Shown: positions 61,646 to 64,000 of the stretch, one piece after another
Position numbering within the stretch: position 1 is the first letter of the stretch
Layout of the letters: every line of letters begins with the position of its first letter
Assembly: GCA_013239625.1 (NCBI GenBank)
Contig: MU056050.1
Coordinates: forward strand, 7,021,838 to 7,085,837
Source: Lama guanicoe
Lineage: Eukaryota
Direction of reading: 5' to 3'
DNA: 64,000 nt
Position numbers and translations under genes: made by a program
The notes under the pieces: model-generated
Database searches by the model: none
Told to the model about the DNA's origin: nothing
Seen by the model: the letters and a program-made list of their open reading frames with translations, nothing else

Positions 61646-61749
61646 CTTTTGTTCTGTTGTGTTCCTCCGTACATTATGCTGAGAAGGTAATGAAGTTAAT
61701 GATGCTTTGTCAGAAATCTTTACAGAACTAAACAAATGGTGAGATGGTC
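61646..61749 (-). CDS. FSIP2L: FSIP2-like internal exon (104 nt, phase 1 to 0)
   Basis: ttctctttcatttgcttttAG|GA CCA TCT...GAA CAA AAG|GTAGAA; encodes PSHHLFSSVKISDKASLTSLPSQHNVRRNTTEQK; phase fits the next exon. Confidence 0.65.
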
Positions 61750-61784
61750 CTAAAAGCAAATGAAAGAGAAATCATATTATTTTT

Positions 61785-62630
61785 GATTTTATTGAATTTG
61801 ACTTTATTGAGTTATAACTGAAGTACAATAAAGTACGTATATTTAAAATGTAGCATTTGTTCAGTTTTGACATATGTATAAACCTATGAAACCATCACCA
61901 CAATCAAGATAAACATTTACATCACCCTCAAAAGTTTCCTTGTGCCCCCTTATAGTTCCTCTCTCTACTCCTGTCTCCCAGGCAATCACTGATCTGCTTC
62001 ACTATAAATTAGTTTGCATTATCTCGAGTTCGCTATAGAAGGAATCAAAGAGGATGTCCTACTCTTTTTTTGGAGGGAGGCATGTGGTTGTCTGGCTTCC
62101 TTCATTCAGCATAATTGTTTTGAGATTCATCAATATTGTTGCCTGTATTAATAGTTTACTCCTTTTTATTGCTGACTAATATCTCATGGATGCACTACAG
62201 TTTATCCATTTGCCTGCTGAAGGGCATTTGGGTTGTCTCCAGTTTTTTTTTAACTATTATGAATAATATTTCTATGGGCACTGATTTACACGTCTCAATG
62301 TGGACATCTATTTTCATTTCTTGTGGGCACATACCTAGGGGTGGAATGACTGAAATCCTTTATGGTAGATGTAAGTTTAACTTAAGCTGCCAAGGTGCCT
62401 TCCACAGTGGTTGTACCATTTTACATTCCCACCAGCAATGTCAGAGTTCTAGTTGTATCACATCCTTGCAAATACTTAGTATGGTCAGTTACTTAAATTC
62501 TAGACATTTTACTTTGGTTTGTATTTCCCTAATGACTAATAATGTTAAACAGCTTTTCTTGTGCTTATTTGCCATCTGTATGTCTACAGTGAAGTGGCTG
62601 TTCATGCCTTTTGCCCATGTTTATTAGGTT
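61785..62630 (-). mobile_element. Old L1 3' region (L1MB/MC-like)
   Basis: tttattgagttataactg...gaaaccatcaccacaatcaagata...ccacagtggttgtaccattttacattcccaccagcaatg...tttccctaatgactaataatgtt. Confidence 0.85.
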
Positions 62631-62867
62631 GTCACATTACATATATTACATGTTTTCCTATATTTTACATTTTTTACAGTGATCATGCCTTTGATATGTA
62701 GGACCTGAGACCATCTTTCATTGCACTTACTTATGGGCCTTGACAGATATGAGACAAGCATTATGCAATAGGGCTATTGTTTAAAAATTTTATTTTTTTT
62801 TCATTTTTGACTTTCTAAGTACAAGATCTCTACTCTAGTCTTTCTGCCTGCGGGTGGAGCTAGAAGA

Positions 62868-63040
62868 AGGGAGGTTAGAATTTTTAATTTTTTTTAATGG
62901 GGGTAGGTAATTAGATTGATTGATTTATTATTTTTTTAAACTGAGGTACTAGGACTTGAACCCAGGACCTCATGCATGCTAGGCATGCACTCTACCACAG
63001 AACTATACCGTCCTCCCTCCAGGGAGGTTAGAATTTTTAA
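62868..63040 (-). mobile_element. tRNA-derived SINE (Vic-type) with 20-bp TSD
   Basis: TSD agggaggttagaatttttaa at 62868-62887 and 63021-63040. Minus-strand body GGTATAGTTCTGTGGTAGAGTGCATGCCTAGCATGCATGAGGTCCTGGGTTCAAGTCCTAGTACC. Confidence 0.9.
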
Positions 63041-63613
63041 CAGGAGGAATGCCATGACAAATATCCAGGTAATATTCAGCACCTGGCATCCCAAAATACG
63101 ATGGCATGGCCAAGACAGTATGTCTTGCAAGCCTTGCAGTTGTATCAAGAATTTCCCTAAACTTTATATTCCTTTTTGTGTAGCAACAGCCTGGAATAGT
63201 TGGTTCAGAAAATTCTCCTTTAGTGCACTAGAGATACTCTTACCCCATGAATAAGAGTTATCTGGGGTCAGGAAGAAGAAGGAAAGGCCTTAAGGAAAGT
63301 TAGGGGGAAAAGTCCACTCCTTCAGCACCTCAGAGATGGTGGGAAAATGGAAAGGTGGTGGGAGAGGCTGGAGAGCAGAGAAACCAGATGGTGCTTCACA
63401 TTTTCCTAACTTTGGGCCTTGGTTGCTTCAGGTAAGTGAGGTTAACATGGAAAAAAAACAACTATTGCTCTGCTCTTCATTTAGGACTCTAGGTTTCTTT
63501 AGCTAGCCCCCACCCTGGCCTCCTCTTCCTTCTCACCTGGGGCATGGCCCAGAAACTTTGCAGTATAGTGTGGTCAGGCAGAGCAAGGTGCTCTCTGAGG
63601 TTTTTTTTCCCCC

Positions 63614-63960
63614 GAGGTTTTGCTTTCTTTTTTAAAATCTGCTTTACTGATATATGACATTGACACATAAAATTGTAAGACAGCTAAAGCATACATTGTG
63701 GTGATTTGATATAGATGTATACTGTGAAAGGATTCCCCCCATTCAGTTAATTGACACATCCATCAACTCACATATTTATCTTTTGTTGTTGTTGAAAACA
63801 TTTAAGTTCTACTTTCTTTGCAAACTTCCAATTATACACTACAGTGTTATCAACTAGAGTTACCATATTATACATCAGCTCCTCAGACATTATTCATCTT
63901 ATAACTGAAAATACGTACCCTTTTACCAACCTCTATTTCCCCTTGAGGTTTTGCTTTCTT
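63614..63960 (-). mobile_element. L1MA-type 3' end with 16-bp TSD
   Basis: TSD gaggttttgctttctt at 63614-63629 and 63945-63960. Body ctttactgatatatgacattgac...aaacatttaagttctact...attcatcttataactgaaa. Confidence 0.85.
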
Positions 63961-64000
63961 AAGCCTCTCTTGGTTCCCATGTGGTATATACATGGCCCAG

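Larger units (their letters stand above)
21559..61749 (-). other. FSIP2L: FSIP2-like gene (fibrous sheath-interacting protein 2-like), partial; 5' exons beyond window
   Basis: 11 exons splice in frame with GT-AG sites. Peptides resemble FSIP2 as recalled (QEK|VTSEELNSIIHNIMTWVVAAVTSVLYPAITKYE, PQIPGLLFYSEED, LNVKPLE|TASRNSFENLTKPDISKVELLKDVQSKKDLIIRLV, HYFIHRIMSSSSYNEEDL, SDPSAKI). Adjacency to RBMX2 points to the X-linked paralogue rather than autosomal FSIP2. Confidence 0.85.

Noticed and set aside
21559..61749. Calling the gene canonical FSIP2
   Set aside because: It is adjacent to X-linked RBMX2 and looks substantially diverged from recalled FSIP2. A paralogue is more likely, pending a phylogenetic check.
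62731..62773. Possible additional upstream FSIP2-like exon (AG|CCC TAT TGC ATA ATG CTT GTC...ATA A|GTAAGT)
   Set aside because: It is phase-compatible with a good donor, but the acceptor lacks a pyrimidine tract and homology is too weak to support it without RNA data.
1..64000. CRISPR arrays, operons or other prokaryotic systems
   Set aside because: The sequence is mammalian (spliceosomal introns, LINE/SINE/ERV), and no repeat-spacer array is seen.

Overview
Mammalian genomic DNA. It is probably from a camelid (tRNA-derived Vic-type SINEs plus a young L1 3' end) and probably X-linked (RBMX2 neighbourhood); both are inferences. The + strand carries the last two coding exons of RBMX2 (1673-1850, 2308-2810). 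About 16 kb of repeat-rich intergenic DNA follows, including a 5'-inverted L1, a decayed ERV-L provirus with nested LTRs, and MER/L2/MIR fragments. The rest of the window is a giant minus-strand FSIP2-like gene, probably the X-linked paralogue FSIP2L. I can splice 11 consecutive exons in frame from 61749 down to 21559 (19,443 nt, about 6,480 codons) with GT-AG sites and matching phases. Two of these are stop-free exons of 8,893 and 9,509 nt. The 5' exons lie beyond the right edge, and the 3'-most exons look degenerate or uncertain. The protein shows a ~165-aa helical repeat, a Lys-rich spacer and an exact 120-bp in-frame tandem duplication. Family and repeat names come from my recall of consensus sequences, not from database searches.
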